From Callorhinchus milii (taxonomy: Eukaryota), in assembly GCF_018977255.1 (NCBI RefSeq), contig NW_024704935.1, forward strand, positions 1-64,000: DNA of 64,000 bases. Direction: 5' to 3'. A program made the translations under genes and the position numbers. A model generated the notes under the pieces. That model had not been told where the DNA came from and ran no database searches. It was given only the letters and a program-made list of their open reading frames with translations. Every line of letters begins with the position of its first letter. Within the stretch, counting starts at the first letter, position 1. This document shows positions 62,721 to 64,000 of this stretch, piece after piece.

Positions 62721-63112
62721 TTGAGTACACAAAACAACCGTCGGTGTATCTCCTCCTCCCCTCGGCAGAGGAATTGTCTGCTCAGTACACTGTCACCCTC
62801 ACTTGCCTGGTGAAGGACTTCGCTCCCAAAGAGATCTTTGTGCAGTGGACTGTGAATGACCAGGTGATTGATGCTAAGAACTTCAGGAACACTGAGGTGA
62901 TGGCAGACAGTGCAGATCACAACTATTCCATGTACAGCATGTTGTCCATCTCAGCTGGAGAGTGGAACAGTGGTCTCTCCTACTCCTGTGTGGTCGGACA
63001 TGAAACCTTCCCACTGAAGACCCTGACCAGAACCGTTGATAAATCGAGCGGTAAACCGAGTTTTATAAATACTGCCCTTGTCCTGGTGGACAGCATGAAT
63101 ATGTGTCAATAA
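62721..63112 (+). CDS. IGHM: IgM constant exon Cmu4 plus secretory tailpiece
   Basis: ttcccacag|TT; VEYTKQPSVYLL...TLTCLVKDFAPKEIFVQWTVND...YSCVVGHETFPLKTLTRTVDKSS/GKPSFINTALVLVDSMNMCQ*. Internal donor G|gtaaac at 63050/63051 for membrane exons, which were not found in the window. Confidence 0.93.
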
Positions 63113-63203
63113 GTGTCTCTCAATACCATTTCGCTTATCCTTTTTTGCATCCGCCTCAGTATCATTGCATTGTCATGTTTGATTTCATAGCAAAATGAAC
63201 TCA

Positions 63204-63209
63204 AATAAA
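63204..63209 (+). terminator. Poly(A) signal for the secretory form
   Basis: AATAAA 92 nt after the tailpiece stop. Confidence 0.7.
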
Positions 63210-63689
63210 GATCATTGGTGTAGTTATGAGTCACGTACAGAGGTGTTGATTTAAAACTAATTACACATACAATCTCTCGAGTGAAGAGGTACATCCTTTG
63301 TTTGAGCGGATATCAGCACCAAGTTAATACAACCATCATTTTGTTTTGAATACTCATAAGCGTGGGCAAAGGTTTTAATAAGTGTCAGACACTCTTCAGA
63401 TGTCCCCCAACCCCCGCAACCCCCCAAAAATAAAGGTAATATTACTGTTACAAATCAATCGACATCACTACCGAAAATCCAATCTCAGCCTGGATTTTAT
63501 TTGCAACTTGCTTTAGAATTGCAAAGGAGAGCTGCACCAGGAATTTTCTTTTTCACTCTGTAACACCGCATTCTACGCGTAGCAGCATTTCGGATGTAAA
63601 ACTATGGCCTTTATTGCCACACTTCCTATACATATTCACTTCAACAAGCAATTAGCCACACATGTACATTGTAAAAAAATTACACTCAT

Positions 63690-64000
63690 TCGCACTCACA
63701 TCCGCTCCCGCTCACACACACACAACTTACAGTCACACTCACACGCACACACATCCACCCAGATCCCCACAAATTCACACACACTCACTCATACATCCAG
63801 ACCCACACACAATCACTCACACCCAGGCCCAGACACACTCACGCACACTGAATTCCACCCAGACCCACCCAAACTCACATGCACTCGCATCTACCCAGAC
63901 CCCCACACACTCACACACACATAATCATACACCCAGGCCCACATACCCCCATACCCACCCAGGCGCAGAGACACTCACATGCATTCAATTACACACAGAC
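63690..64000. repeat. CA-rich degenerate repeat
   Basis: cacccagacccacacacactcac-like units running to the window end. Confidence 0.85.

Overview
Vertebrate genomic DNA, almost certainly from a cartilaginous fish and possibly a chimaera (inferred from the cluster-type IgH layout and the SINE/L2/CR1 content). Two assembly gaps: 15279-15308 and 25503-25669. The first ~54 kb is repeat-rich (tRNA-headed SINEs, L2 and CR1 LINE fragments, minisatellites). It holds a birth-and-death array of two-exon GPR139/142-like orphan GPCRs (two intact genes, one pseudogene, one partial inverted copy, one orphan first exon), a TRIM RING pseudogene and decayed tRNA genes. The main result is the IgM-type heavy-chain cluster at 55020-63112. 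It has a promoter, leader, three D segments, one J and Cmu2-Cmu3-Cmu4 plus secretory tail, all with open frames, canonical splice sites and recombination signals in a valid 12/23 order. However, the V domain is reduced to 8 mature residues (DVVLSSET) directly before its 23-RSS, the J lacks WGxG, and no Cmu1 exon is recognisable. If expressed, RAG rearrangement would give a short, junctionally diversified, Asn/Thr-rich peptide fused to an IgM Fc, with no V domain and no light-chain partner. A decaying pseudogene cluster cannot be excluded from sequence alone.
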